DNA of 64,000 nucleotides from Calditrichia bacterium (GTDB taxonomy: Bacteria; Calditrichota; Calditrichia; JAJRVZ01), in the NCBI GenBank assembly GCA_963777955.1, contig CAVZSQ010000022.1, forward strand, positions 928,001 through 992,000. Direction: 5' to 3'. The notes below the pieces were generated by a model. It saw nothing but the letters and a program-made list of their open reading frames with translations, was not told where the DNA came from and ran no database searches. The position numbers were made by a program, and so were the translations under genes. Positions 12,015 through 23,556 of this stretch are shown here, in pieces. Each line of letters starts with the position of its first letter. The first letter of the stretch is position 1.

Positions 12015-12880
12015 TTAATTCTTTCTTTCAAAATACACCAGCAATCCCACCGCCAGCAGGATCGTGCCTGCCCCGGCGTAAAAACTAACCTCCGGAAATT
12101 CCGCAAAAAATAGCATACCGCCCAGTGTGGCCAGCACCGGTTCCAGCAGCATGCTCATGTTGACCTTGAAAATCTGTAAATGACGCGAAGACCAGTTCAG
12201 CAGGGAGTGACCGATAAGATTTGGTCCCAGGGCCAATAAGATCATCATCAGCCAGCTTTGTAATTTGTAATTGGTAAAAGAATTGTTATTGGCGATCATG
12301 TATACGGCGCAGAATATAGCGGCGGAGCCGTAGATATAGATCAGGTATTTTATGAAATCCTGTTCTGATTTGTGTCGCCGGGCGATTGACAGATAGAGTG
12401 CCACGCAGAGGGCTGACAGAACCGCCAGGGCATCACCGGTAATCCGGGTGCCGCTCCGGCCGAGATCCGGGTAAACGATCAGGGCCATCCCGGCGGCGGC
12501 CAGCAGAAACAGCGGGATGATGTTTCTATTCGGATATTCTTTCAGAAGTAGCGCCGAAACGATGACAGCGAAGATGGGGTGGGTGCCTTCCAGGAAGATG
12601 GAGTGGGCGATGGTGGTCATCTGCAGCGAGGCGATCCAGCTGATGAAATGCACCGCCAGGAAGATTCCGGCCAGCACGTAATTCCAGTGGAACTCCAACA
12701 GTGATGATTTTTTTGTCCTGGGCAGAGAGGAGTGGTAGACCAGCAGGATAACAGCACTGATAGCCAGGCGGTAGAAAGAAATCACGGTAGGGGGCACGTC
12801 CCCGCACCAGCGCACCAGGATGGAACTGACGGCGGTGATCAGGACACCGGTTAGAAGTAAATATAAATACGAAACATTTA
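12015..12880 (-). CDS. DMT/EamA family transporter
   Basis: About 10 TM in two EamA repeats (AGIFLAVHF..WIASL, ALGPNLIGH, LLEPV); frame stays open upstream of 12815 to ~12880; start uncertain. Confidence 0.85.
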
Positions 12881-13170
12881 TGGTTCAGTTATCACTTTTA
12901 CAAAATTTATAAATTCTATACTTAGAAGTACATTCTTTATTATTAGATGATTAAAAATTGTATTGGGATACATTTTACCTAAAAAGTTAACATATAATAA
13001 ATTATTGGTAATAAGAAATATATTTTCAGTTAATATATATTTGTTCTAATTACTTTGACCTTATTTCTTCTTTATCTTCAATTTATTTATATCTATAAAT
13101 ATTAAGAAAAAAATATTCCATATCATTTTTGCAAAATAATTGATATATTATTGAGATTAAAAAGGAGGGT

Positions 13171-13746
13171 ATGAATATGAGTTTACCAAAACATTGGTAT
13201 ATTTTTATTATTCCCGGAATGATTTATTTACTTGCTTTTTATATTTTGTTCGGAACAACACTTTTCACTACTACTCCAGTTCCTGAAATTAAGATTATTC
13301 ATAGACACTTTAAAAGATTATAGCGTTGTAAGTATCTTGTTATTGACTATTTGCTTATTTATGTTGCAGGCAATATGGTTGACAATATTATTAGAATTAT
13401 TTATAAAATATGTTGCGATAAAGAAAATGATTTTACTGCTGAACAAGAAATAAAATATTATGATACACAGTAACCCCAAGTTACAACTGATTTTGACAAA
13501 TAAAAATATATTCAATTAGTTTTTGTCAGAGGTGTATGTCTTGAACTAATCATGCTATTTGTATTATATTTCATTTATTTGTGTAAGGAAACAAAATTTC
13601 ACAGAGCATTGTTGGCAGTAGTAGTTTGAATTACTATAATATTTCGATTCCTCGTTCTTTCATTTTCTTGGCTTCATTGGTGTGATGTTAGGCAACATTA
13701 TAAGAGAGCTCAAGTAAAAGGATTAAAAACAGATTTAAAATGTTAA
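13171..13746 (+). pseudogene. AT-rich decayed membrane-protein gene
   Basis: AAGGAGGG RBS then MNMSLPKHWYIFIIPGMIYLL; hydrophobic coding continues through frameshifts and several in-frame stops. Confidence 0.55.
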
Positions 13747-13758
13747 ATTCTGTATAAG

Positions 13759-13865
13759 TGGACAAAGTGAATTATTTTATGGAAAAAGATCATTGAAACA
13801 TGGGACTCGTGATAATGACGACCGCGAGTTACAGGCAGTTTTGACCGATCCCATTCCTTATGGGG
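13759..13865 (+). repeat. Diverged copy of an internal pepC segment (14527-14631)
   Basis: Core gacgaccgcgagttacaggca[g/a]ttttgaccgatcccattcc is 40/41 identical; flanks align with substitutions and indels. Confidence 0.85.
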
Positions 13866-13880
13866 AATTGAGAAGTTCAA

Positions 13881-13970
13881 TCCCGTAAACGATTATCTGA
13901 AAATAGCCTCACCAATTTATTGGTGGGTAATATGGTTGGAGGCAATATCAACCGTCCCGGCGGGACGGTG
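13881..13970. repeat. REP-like element (GTCCC...GGGAC / aaaatagccc family)
   Basis: aaaatagcctcaccaatttattggtggg and ccgtcccggcgggacgg; matches the reverse complement of 32963-33052. Confidence 0.65.
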
Positions 13971-13992
13971 TGATTCTGGGCGAGAGCAGTAT

Positions 13993-14075
13993 CTCACACC
14001 CCTCTGATCCCCCTCCCCGAACTGGGGGAGAGGGGCAGGACCCCGACTCCGCTCGGGGAACGGAATAGGGGAGAG
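13993..14075. repeat. C-rich/G-rich palindromic repeat
   Basis: ccccctccccgaactgggggagagggg; ccccga...tcgggg; similar to 28669 and 44480. Confidence 0.6.
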
Positions 14076-14135
14076 AAGGCATATAAATATTCGATAAGAT
14101 ATGTTTCTAAAAGGATTAAAACAGAAAGGAATGTC

Positions 14136-15545
14136 ATGAAAGCAAAACTGATATCTAAGATACTATTCATCATTCTTTACATCGCACTATCATGCTTTTT
14201 GTGCACGGCAGCGGAAAACAAACAATTGGATCAGCAGGCGATTGCCCAATTGCAGGCTGGTTTTCAACTGGATAATACCAACAAAGCCTTGATGAATGCT
14301 ATTACGAATAATGATATCGATAACCTGGTGCTCAATCGTGAATTAATCAATAAGCATAATAATGTTTTTAATCTGAATATTGCCGTCGAGGGAATCACCG
14401 ATCAGCAAAGCACCGGCCGTTGCTGGATGTTTGCCGCCCTGAATTTAATGCGTCCAATTGTCAAGGATAAATTTAATCTAAAGTCCTTCGAATTTTCAGA
14501 GGTTTATTTGACCTTCTGGGACAAACTGGATAAGGCGAACTATTTTCTGGAATCAATCATTGAAACCCGGGATCGTGATATCGACGACCGCGAGTTACAG
14601 GCAATTTTGACCGATCCCATTCCCGACGGGGGCTGGTGGAATTATGCCGTTAACCTGATCGAAAAGTACGGCGTGATTCCCAGGGAACTGATGCCCGAAA
14701 CCGTTAACAGCAATAAGACGTACCGGATGAATAAAGCACTGCTTAGCCTGGCCCGGCAGGATGCGGTAGAATTGAGAGATTTGGCCAGGCAGGGTAAAAG
14801 TGAAAATTCTCTCAGGATCCGGAAAATGGAAATGCTGCGGGATTTTTACCGGCTGCTGGTGCTGCACTTCGGGATACCGCCGCAAAGTTTTACCTGGCGG
14901 GTGGAAGATAAGGATAACAAACTGATCGAAAATAAATATACCCCGCTTGAATTTTATAAGGCTGCAGTCGACCTGGATTTAACCCGGTATGTGATCCTAT
15001 GCGAGTACCCGTCATTCCCGCTCAATGATTTTTATCAGGTTAATTTCTGCACCAATATGACCGAAAAACCGGATATGAGTTTTATTAATGTGGACAGTGA
15101 AAAATTAAAAAAATACGCTCTGGCCTGTTTGACTGACTCGACTCCGGTCTGGTTTGCCGCCGATGTCGGCTGGCAAATGGAACGCGATCTGGGTATCATG
15201 GCTGCGGATATTTATGATTATAATGCGCTGTTCAATATTTCCGATAAAATGAATAAGGCAGACCGTATCCGCTACCGGGCCAGCAATGCCAACCATGCCA
15301 TGCTTTTTGTCGGCGCCGATACCAGCAATGGCCAGGTCCTCAAATGGCGCGTGGAAAATTCCTGGGGCAGCGACAAGGGGAATAAAGGTTACTGGTCAAT
15401 GTATGATAACTGGTTCGACAAATATGTTTTTACGGTTATTATAAATAAGAAATATTTAAAGTCAGAAGAACTGAAACTGCTGGACAGGAAACCCAAAAAG
15501 ATTCCGGCCTGGGATCCCTTGCGGAGCAGTTTTCTAGGCAATTAG
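14136..15545 (+). CDS. pepC: Aminopeptidase C / bleomycin hydrolase (C1B cysteine peptidase), secreted
   Basis: QQSTGRCWMFA, DGGWW, NHAM, WRVENSWG catalytic motifs; N-terminal signal peptide. Confidence 0.92.
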   Translation: MKAKLISKILFIILYIALSCFLCTAAENKQLDQQAIAQLQAGFQLDNTNKALMNAITNNDIDNLVLNRELINKHNNVFNLNIAVEGITDQQSTGRCWMFAALNLMRPIVKDKFNLKSFEFSEVYLTFWDKLDKANYFLESIIETRDRDIDDRELQAILTDPIPDGGWWNYAVNLIEKYGVIPRELMPETVNSNKTYRMNKALLSLARQDAVELRDLARQGKSENSLRIRKMEMLRDFYRLLVLHFGIPPQSFTWRVEDKDNKLIENKYTPLEFYKAAVDLDLTRYVILCEYPSFPLNDFYQVNFCTNMTEKPDMSFINVDSEKLKKYALACLTDSTPVWFAADVGWQMERDLGIMAADIYDYNALFNISDKMNKADRIRYRASNANHAMLFVGADTSNGQVLKWRVENSWGSDKGNKGYWSMYDNWFDKYVFTVIINKKYLKSEELKLLDRKPKKIPAWDPLRSSFLGN

Positions 15546-15603
15546 TCAGGTAGGTTTAATTTAAATCTGAATCGAACCTGCAAAACAAATAGTTATTAAT
15601 TTA

Positions 15604-15650
15604 GCACCATGACAAAACATGGGGCTATTAGCGAGTGTCCCTGCGGGATA
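15604..15650. repeat. Partial REP of the 32963 family
   Basis: ccatg..catgg hairpin then gggcta...tgtccctgcggga, as at 33020-33050. Confidence 0.55.
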
Positions 15651-15705
15651 GACATAATATTTCCACACTACTAATTACTGAAAATATTAATTACAGGAGG
15701 GCAAA

Positions 15706-16311
15706 ATGCGTTTTTTGATATTCATTGTCATGTTGTTGACGATTACGGCTATTGCATCTGCGCAGGAAGAAACACTTTTTAAAGGGGATGGTGAAAAAGG
15801 GGGATTCGGCGGGCCGGTGGTCAAATACACCACTATCTTTGATCAGAGTGCATTGCTGATCGGCGGGCGCGGCGGCTGGATCATCAATCATTCACTGATC
15901 ATCGGCGGCGGGGGGTACGGCATCGTCAATGAAATCGATGCGGCCGCAGGGGTACTGCCGGGCGAAGGACCGCTGGATATCGAATTCGGTTACGGCGGAT
16001 TCGAAGTGGAATATATCATTAATCCCATGTCCCTGACGCACTACAGTCTGTATGCTCTGTTCGGGGTCGGGGATATTCACTATGTCAGGGATATAGGTTC
16101 CAGTTTTGAGAGCAACCAGACCACCGGTGAATCCGATTTTGTGTTCGTGGTGGAACCGGCTATAAATGCCGAACTGAATATCATAAAATGGTTCCGGGTG
16201 GATGCCGGATTGTCCTACCGCCTGGTCCTGGATGTGAGTCAGGTCGGACTGGACAGCGGTGATTTCAGTGGGTTGACGGCGATAGTGACTTTAAAATTCG
16301 GAAATTTCTGA
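15706..16311 (+). CDS. Outer-membrane beta-barrel-like hypothetical protein
   Basis: Signal peptide; GGRGGWIINH, FGYGG, VVEP, terminal KFGNF. Confidence 0.7.
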   Translation: MRFLIFIVMLLTITAIASAQEETLFKGDGEKGGFGGPVVKYTTIFDQSALLIGGRGGWIINHSLIIGGGGYGIVNEIDAAAGVLPGEGPLDIEFGYGGFEVEYIINPMSLTHYSLYALFGVGDIHYVRDIGSSFESNQTTGESDFVFVVEPAINAELNIIKWFRVDAGLSYRLVLDVSQVGLDSGDFSGLTAIVTLKFGNF

Positions 16312-16342
16312 AAATCCGGGTCGTACCGGCAACGATCCCTGG

Positions 16343-18782
16343 ATGGTGAAAATGAAAAAAGCACTTCTTGTTTTGATTTTCATACTATATGCAATAAACG
16401 ACATCCCTGCCCAATCCCGGCAGCGTACCTTGCTTGACTTTGACTGGAAATTTATCCTGGCCGATTCAGTTCAGGCTGAACGCCCCGATTTTGATGACAG
16501 CCGCTGGCGCACACTGGATTTGCCGCACGACTGGAGCATAGAATATCCGTACGATGAGCATGCCCCGACAGGCGGCAGCGGCGGATATGTACGATCAGGA
16601 ACCGGCTGGTACCGCAAACACCTGACTCTTTGATCAACACATAAAAGGAAAAACTGTCTGGCTGGAATTTGACGGTATTTATATGAACAGTGATGTGTGG
16701 GTAAATGGACGTCATCTCGGCAACTATTCCTATGGATACACAAGTTTCTATTATGATTTATCGTCTTTTTTAAATGTTGGTGACAATGTCGTGGCTGTGC
16801 GGGTGGATAACTCAAAGCAACCCAATTCACGCTGGTATACGGGATCGGGTATTTACCGGCATGTCTGGTTGACTATAACCCAGCCAGTCCATATCGGGCA
16901 CTGGGGAACGTATATCAGTACCTCAGGCATTACCGATACCAGCGCCATCATTTCTATAATCACCACTATAAAAAATAATTCAAATAGCCGGCAAAATAAA
17001 AATCTTGTGACAACTATTGTCGATCCTGCCGGGACCAGTATAGCAGCAGATAATATAAAATTCATTGTGGCGGCTGATGACAGCACGATAATTGAACAAA
17101 AAATCCCGATTGCCGAACCCCAATTATGGTCCCTGGAACACCCCTTACTGTACAGAGCTGTTCAGGAAATTAAAAATGGCAGCCTTAGTTCTGAAAAGTA
17201 TGAAACCACCTTTGGTATTCGCGCTATCGCCTACGATGTCGATCGTGGTTTTTTTCTGAATGGTGCACAGGTTAAAATGAACGGAGTGAATTTACATCAT
17301 GATGGTGGTTGTGTCGGCGCTGCGGTACCTGAGCGAATCTGGGAACGCCGTCTCGAACTCCTGAAAGCGATGGGCTGCAATGCCATACGCACGGCACATA
17401 ATCCACCGGCAGCGGAATTTCTGGATTTGTGCGATCGATTGGGATTCCTGGTCATGGATGAGGCTTTTGATGAATGGCGCCTGGGAAAACGCGAGTACGC
17501 TTATCATCTGTATTTTGACGAATGGGGCCGGAAAGATTTAATTTCCATGCTACGGCGGGACCGGAATCATCCATCAATCGTGCTGTGGAGCATCGGTAAT
17601 GAAATACCCGAACAGAAAACGGATAACGGGCATTTATTATTGGATACATTACAGGATATTTGTCATCGCGAAGATCCCACACGTCCCGTTACGCTCGGTT
17701 GCGACAATATTGCTGCCGATGGCGGCTCCACTACCTTACCATTCCTGGAAGCACTCGACATCGTCGGCTATAATTACGTTGATCGCTGGCATGAGCGTCG
17801 TGAACTCTTTTTCAGCATTGATCGCCATAACCATCCGGATTGGAAAATGATCGGAACTGAAAGTGTCTCCATTAGTGGTATTCGCGGAGAATACGACCTG
17901 GGAAACGATTCTGCTGTCGTGCAGATGCGAATGCCGTCTAATCTCATTCGTGTCCAGGAATTATGGAAAACAGTTAAACTCAATGAGTATGTAATCGGTG
18001 ACTTTATGTGGACTGGTATTGATTACCTGGGTGAAGCATTCTGGCCGAATAAACACGCGTCGTCCGGAGTTATCGATGTATGCGGTTTCCCCAAGGACGC
18101 CTATTATTTCTATAAAAGTCAATGGTGCGAGGAACCGCTTATTCATTTGTTCCCGCACTGGAACTGGCCTGATCGAATTGGACAGGTTATACCCGTTTTC
18201 TGTTATACCAATTGCAGCGAAGTGGAATTGTACCTGAATGGGAAGTCGTTGGGTGCAAAGCGGATTGAATTACCGCGGCAAGGTAATTCCGGCAGCTGGA
18301 ATAAATATGCGCGTCCGCAAATACATCCGACCACAGCTGATCTTTTCCTGACCTGGGATGTTCCCTATGAACCTGGAATCGTGAAAGCTATTGGTAAAAA
18401 AGACGGCAGGATTGTCTGCAGCCGGGAAATCCGTACAACCGGTGCACCGGCTGCAATCAGGCTTGGCCTTGATCGCCCGGTTATCAAGGCGGACAAGCAT
18501 GATTTAGTACACCTGACTGTTGAAATCGTTGATGAGGCGGGCAATGTCGTACCCACGGCAAACAATGCGGTTAAATTCTCAATCACAGGTCCGGGCCGGT
18601 TACGGGGCGTTGATAATGGTGATCCCCGGGATCATTCTTCATATCTGCTGAATGAGCGTCGTGCCTTTAACGGATTATGTCTGGCCATTATACAGTCGAA
18701 TGGCCGCGCAGGGGCTATTCGCGTAACAGCGACCTCGCCCGGTTTACCAGAGGCAATCGTCGAGTTTGAAACAAAACGGTGA
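16343..18782 (+). CDS. GH2 glycoside hydrolase (beta-galactosidase-like), frameshift ~16630
   Basis: LPHDWSIE, EFDGIYMN, RWYTGSGIYR, GVNLHHD, NAIRTAHNP, RNHPSIVLWSIGNE; removing one T joins the ORFs. Confidence 0.9.
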
Positions 18783-18911
18783 TATAAAGATATATAATTG
18801 TAAAAACGCCTGATTTAGGATAATTCTATTATTCCGGATCGAACCCGGAAATTATATCGTTTTTATGGTAACCCTGCGTTTTGACATGGGGTAAGCAAAA
18901 AGGAGTAAATC

Positions 18912-19601
18912 ATGTCCTGGATTTGTCCACTATGTAATCAGAGCAATTCTGACGATTCAATGATCTGTATATGCGGGCATGCTCATAGTAAAACTCAGGA
19001 CCTGCCTGCAAAATCTATCAGCAGTGACGTTAAAATCACTGTCCCTTTAAAATCCTGTCCTTCTTGCGGCAGAGAAGTGCCTGTCGTTGATAAATTTTGC
19101 CCGTTTTGCGGTAAATCGATCGTGATCTTATCAGCAGAAACCAAAAAAGCAATAACTACTGCAGCAAAGTGGATATTAGCCGTATCAATAATGTTTGTAA
19201 TTTTTGGAACTATAATTGGCTTTGTACAGAAATCGCAGGCAAGTAAGGCGATGGAAAATCTGGCGCAATATAGCGACTCTGAAGTATTACAATTACCGAA
19301 CGATGCTAATGAATATACTGTTGCAGAACTCAAATCCAAAATAAACCAGGAAGTTATATTTGTATTTCTCAGTAATTATTTCCTTGCTCTGGTCATGTTT
19401 GGTTTATATCTCTGGGCCCGCCGTTCACCATTTCCGGCCATGATCACAGCACTCTGTGTGTATCTGGCGGTTATGGTACTCAGCGCAATGGTTGATCCTA
19501 AAACTCTTTTTCAGGGTCTAATCATTAAAATAATCTTCATAGGTGCCTTGATTGCCGGAATCAAGGCCTCGCTGGTTACGCGCGGCGTTACGAGGATATA
19601 A
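18912..19601 (+). CDS. Double zinc-ribbon membrane protein
   Basis: WICPLCNQSN...CICG and CPSCG...FCPFCG followed by 4 TM helices; AAGGAG RBS. Confidence 0.75.
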   Translation: MSWICPLCNQSNSDDSMICICGHAHSKTQDLPAKSISSDVKITVPLKSCPSCGREVPVVDKFCPFCGKSIVILSAETKKAITTAAKWILAVSIMFVIFGTIIGFVQKSQASKAMENLAQYSDSEVLQLPNDANEYTVAELKSKINQEVIFVFLSNYFLALVMFGLYLWARRSPFPAMITALCVYLAVMVLSAMVDPKTLFQGLIIKIIFIGALIAGIKASLVTRGVTRI

Positions 19602-19639
19602 ATAGTTATCAGCACCTCGATACAAGTTTAATGGACTAA

Positions 19640-20456
19640 TTGGAAAATCTTTATTCAAATATTCCTGCTCACCCTGACTGCTGTCCCGATTGTGGGAATA
19701 GATTACCGGATAACGCTCTCTATTGTGGCAATTGCGGTCACCCTGTTTCGGCATGCGATCCGAATACTCCTGTCAATGATCAGACTGTAAGTATTCACAA
19801 TCAGCAATCCCCCTGGGAATGTATTTCACCTGCCATAAGTCTTTGGATTGGTCTGTTGGCGATTAATGGTATTCTGGGCCTTTGTGGTCATATATTTGAT
19901 ATAAGCTCACCTCGTTTTGATCTGGGTGGCTCAAATCATATCAGCATTGGTAATACTGATTTTCTGGATAAAATCCCGTCAAGAATTAAATCCATTGGTA
20001 TGCAGATCAGGCTTTAAGGGAATTTTCACTATCCTTGAAATAATAGCTGTTATTTTATTTATATATATTTTCATGTGGTTCTATCTAAAGCTGGCATCAT
20101 TTATTGGCATTAAAAATATATTGTATCTGACTGATTTTAAGAAACATAATTGGCCGCTGTGGAGTGCATTTATTCTTATCAGTATATGCCCCGGTATTTT
20201 TGAAGAACTCGCATTCCGTGGTTTCATTATGACACGACTGGAAAAAGTAGGCAGTACCACAGAGGCTTTAATTATTCAGGCAGCTATGTTTTCAATTTTA
20301 CATATGCTGCCCACAATTTTCATAAGCCATTTTATTATAGGCTTGACGCTCGGAGTTGTTCGTGTCAGAAGTAAAAGTTTATACCCTGGTATGATAATCC
20401 ATGCTGCCTGGAATGCAATAGTCCTTTTAGAAGAACTGTATACTAGGGGAATTTAA
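19640..20456 (+). CDS. Zinc-ribbon + CPBP (Abi/CAAX) intramembrane metalloprotease, frameshift ~19925
   Basis: CPDCG...YCGNCG; EELAFRG, FSILH, HAAWN. Confidence 0.8.
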
Positions 20457-20638
20457 ATCCGGGCTGGACCTGCAGAATAGAATGGATTCATCATAGCATC
20501 CTGTCTTAATATGGTGCCAGACGCGGATCGCCCCCACTTTTTAAATTCAGCTTTTGCTTGTGAATGAGAATATTTAATATTAAGATATTTTAAAAATATT
20601 GAATCTCAATCAACGTTCATACCAATTGGAGTTTTAAT

Positions 20639-22288
20639 ATGAGGCTTACGATGATACTTCGATTCATTTTCTTTCTTGTTTTAATATTTTGTTGGTCGTT
20701 TAATAATTCCCGGGCCTGCACCATCGTCGGTGTCGGCAAAAAGGCATCGGTCGACGGTTCGGTGATGGTCTCGCATACCGACTGCGGGCCTGATTCGCGT
20801 ATCCGCGTGGTGCCGGGACGGACATATGCTGAGGGCGAGCAGGCGCCGGTTTACTGGGGTTTGCAGGAACCTGTAGAACCGCTCGATCATCCCCGCGAAA
20901 TTCTGGGATATATTCCCCAGGTGCGCAGGACCTTTACATATTTCCGTTCTGCTTATTCACATATGAACGAAGTTCAACTGGGCATTGCCGAGAGCAGCAC
21001 CAGTCAGCGCCCGGAATTGGTTAACGAAAAAGGTAAATGCGAGCAGATCATGTCCATCGAAGCTGCGCAAATCTTTGCCCTGGAACGCTGCCGCACTGCC
21101 CGCGAAGCGGTTGTATTGATCGGCGACCTGGTGACCCGCTACGGATTTCTCTGCTCCAGCGGCGATGCCTCCGAAGCGCTGTGCATAGGAGATACCGGCG
21201 AAGTATGGGTGATGGAGGTACTCGGTGTGGGTCCGGGTTGGAAAAAAGATAGTGGTAAGCCCGGGGCTGTCTGGGCGGCACAGCGTCTGCCCGATGACCA
21301 TGTGACCATGATTCCCAACTGGAGCATTATCAAGGAAATCAATCCGCAGGACCATGAACAGTTTATGGTTTCGGCAAATTATATGCAGGAGGCCGTTGAC
21401 CGCGGCTGGTACGATCCCGCCGCCGGCAAACCGTTCATCTGGCAGGAAATTTATGCCCCCATGCCGCAGGAATTCGCCACCAGCAGATTCTGGCTGTTCT
21501 ACAGCACCTTTACTCCCAATTTATACCCCTGGCCTGACCGGAAAATGGGCGATGATCCGTTTAAAGGTATTATCCCTTATTTTCAGTTTGTGGAACCGGT
21601 ATCCGTGTATCCTTTTTCGGCCAAGCCCGAGCGTAAACTTTCAGTGCGTGATGTAATAGCCTTCCAGCGCTCCGTATTCGAGGGTACAATCTATGATATG
21701 ACCGCTGATCCAAACTGGCTGGTGCCTGACGGAAAGGGTGGGTATAGCAAGAGCGTTCTGGCCACGCCGTTTCCCGGCCGGGATTTACGGGCCCTGTTGA
21801 AAATAACCTATCGCCGGCCGGTGGCCCGTCACCGCGGCCATTACGGCATGGTCTGTCAATTGCGTTCCTGGCTGCCGGATGCCATTGGCGGTATTTACTG
21901 GGTGTACCTGGATAATCCCTATTTCAGTCCCTATGTGCCCATGTACGCCGGAGCGCAGACAACCGCGTCCTGCTATCAGATTTATGATCCGGAACAATAC
22001 AGCGAAAAATCTGCCCGCTGGGCCATCGATTTTGTCGATAACCTGGCCGGCCTGAAATTTCAGCAAGCCATCACAGATGTACGCGCGCTGCGGGATCCCT
22101 GGGAGGAGGCTATTTTTCAACGCCAGGATTCGATTGATACCGAGGCAGTCCGGCTGTATGGTAAGAATGTTAAAAAGGCGCAGGAATATCTGACGAAATA
22201 TTGTAACGGACTTCAGGAAGAAGTGCTGGTAATGTTTCAGCGGCTGCGGAATGAGTTGATTACCAAGTATACCAATAATCGGGAATAG
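20639..22288 (+). CDS. C69 family dipeptidase (Ntn hydrolase)
   Basis: Signal peptide then ACTIVGVGKKASVDGS; MNEVQLGIAES; ALERCRTAREAV. Confidence 0.88.
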   Translation: MRLTMILRFIFFLVLIFCWSFNNSRACTIVGVGKKASVDGSVMVSHTDCGPDSRIRVVPGRTYAEGEQAPVYWGLQEPVEPLDHPREILGYIPQVRRTFTYFRSAYSHMNEVQLGIAESSTSQRPELVNEKGKCEQIMSIEAAQIFALERCRTAREAVVLIGDLVTRYGFLCSSGDASEALCIGDTGEVWVMEVLGVGPGWKKDSGKPGAVWAAQRLPDDHVTMIPNWSIIKEINPQDHEQFMVSANYMQEAVDRGWYDPAAGKPFIWQEIYAPMPQEFATSRFWLFYSTFTPNLYPWPDRKMGDDPFKGIIPYFQFVEPVSVYPFSAKPERKLSVRDVIAFQRSVFEGTIYDMTADPNWLVPDGKGGYSKSVLATPFPGRDLRALLKITYRRPVARHRGHYGMVCQLRSWLPDAIGGIYWVYLDNPYFSPYVPMYAGAQTTASCYQIYDPEQYSEKSARWAIDFVDNLAGLKFQQAITDVRALRDPWEEAIFQRQDSIDTEAVRLYGKNVKKAQEYLTKYCNGLQEEVLVMFQRLRNELITKYTNNRE

Positions 22289-22315
22289 GACCTGGTTTTG
22301 GAAAGGAATCCGGCT

Positions 22316-22669
22316 ATGAATGATCTGGAAAAATACTTTACGGAAAATAAGAGCGGGTTGATACACAAGTGGAAACATTATTTTGAAATATATGATAAGC
22401 ACTTTTCGCGTTTTAGAGGCACTGCTGTCCATATTGTCGAATTTGGAGTATCACAGGGCGGTTCCCTGCAAATGTGGAAACAATATTTTGGATCCCGATC
22501 GAAGATATTCGGAATTGATATAAATCCGCATTGCCGGCAGCTGGAGGAAGAACAAATCAAAATATTCATCGGTGACCAGGGAGACCGGAAATTTTTAAAA
22601 GAGATCGCAGCAAAATTCCGGATTATTTTCCCAAAAGGAGTTTCGTCCAGAAGCTCAAGAGTCGGTTAA
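22316..22669 (+). pseudogene. 3'-truncated class I SAM methyltransferase
   Basis: IHKWKHYFEIYD, EFGVSQGGSL, GIDINP, IGDQ; family resemblance ends ~22618 before the expected DDG motif. Confidence 0.65.
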
Positions 22670-22694
22670 AGTCGCCAGGGGAGAGGGGGCAATC

Positions 22695-23435
22695 ATGCAG
22701 CTCGAAAAATCTGTAATCATTGCTTCCTGGAAACGGATTTTGCTGGCCGCCTATATTGATTATCTGATTTTTTCTGTATTCTGGGAGGTTGTCTGGCACT
22801 TTATCGGTCCGAGTGAAGGGCCCTTTCTTCTCAAATTTTTGTTTTTCACTATGTTTGAATTGTTGTCTTTCTGGCGTATCGGATCTCCCGGACAATATTT
22901 TGTGAGTATATACTCATCCGAACAGGAATGGAGGATGAGTCAGTTCAGGTATAATCCCGCCAGCAGCAGATTGCTGGTAAGTCCGGAAATTTTTAATAAT
23001 GAATCCTGGCTAACTATTTTATTAGGGATTTTATTCATCCTGGATGGAAGTAAAGAATGTGTTCGCTGGACCATGTGGACTCCGGCCACTCCTTACTTTG
23101 GCCTGGAACCTAATTTTGTGACTTCGATAATTATATCTGTGATTTTTGGAGTAGTATATATCTATATTGGTTATCTGCTATTAAAATTGAAGAGGTCAGG
23201 TTTCATTGCAGGTATCGGGACATTAATAATTTATATTGTTTCAATTGTATTAAGTTGGAAATATTGGGATGATTATGTCACGAAATATGTTATTCAAAAA
23301 CGGGCCTTTCAGAATCTGCCGGTGCGGGAAGGTGAAATTGAAATGATGAAAATGATCATGCCGGAAGGAGTAATAATTTTCTCTATAATTATTTTATTCG
23401 TGCTTTTATTGGTTGGAAAAAAACTTAGCAGATGA
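22695..23435 (+). CDS. RDD-like membrane protein
   Basis: ASWKRILLAAYID N-terminal motif, SPG, multiple TM. Confidence 0.55.
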   Translation: MQLEKSVIIASWKRILLAAYIDYLIFSVFWEVVWHFIGPSEGPFLLKFLFFTMFELLSFWRIGSPGQYFVSIYSSEQEWRMSQFRYNPASSRLLVSPEIFNNESWLTILLGILFILDGSKECVRWTMWTPATPYFGLEPNFVTSIIISVIFGVVYIYIGYLLLKLKRSGFIAGIGTLIIYIVSIVLSWKYWDDYVTKYVIQKRAFQNLPVREGEIEMMKMIMPEGVIIFSIIILFVLLLVGKKLSR

Positions 23436-23556
23436 ACTGGTGAAGATCAATTCTGCGCTTTATGCTCAACGCCAATTAACCTGTATGAATTTACAATAAA
23501 ATAAAAATGTCACCATTCGTAATATGGTAGCATTGGTAATTGGGAGGAGAATCGAA

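Noticed and set aside
13759..14631. DGR template/variable repeat pair
   Set aside because: Mismatches are not restricted to adenines, indels are present, the target is mid-gene in a peptidase and no reverse transcriptase is in the window.
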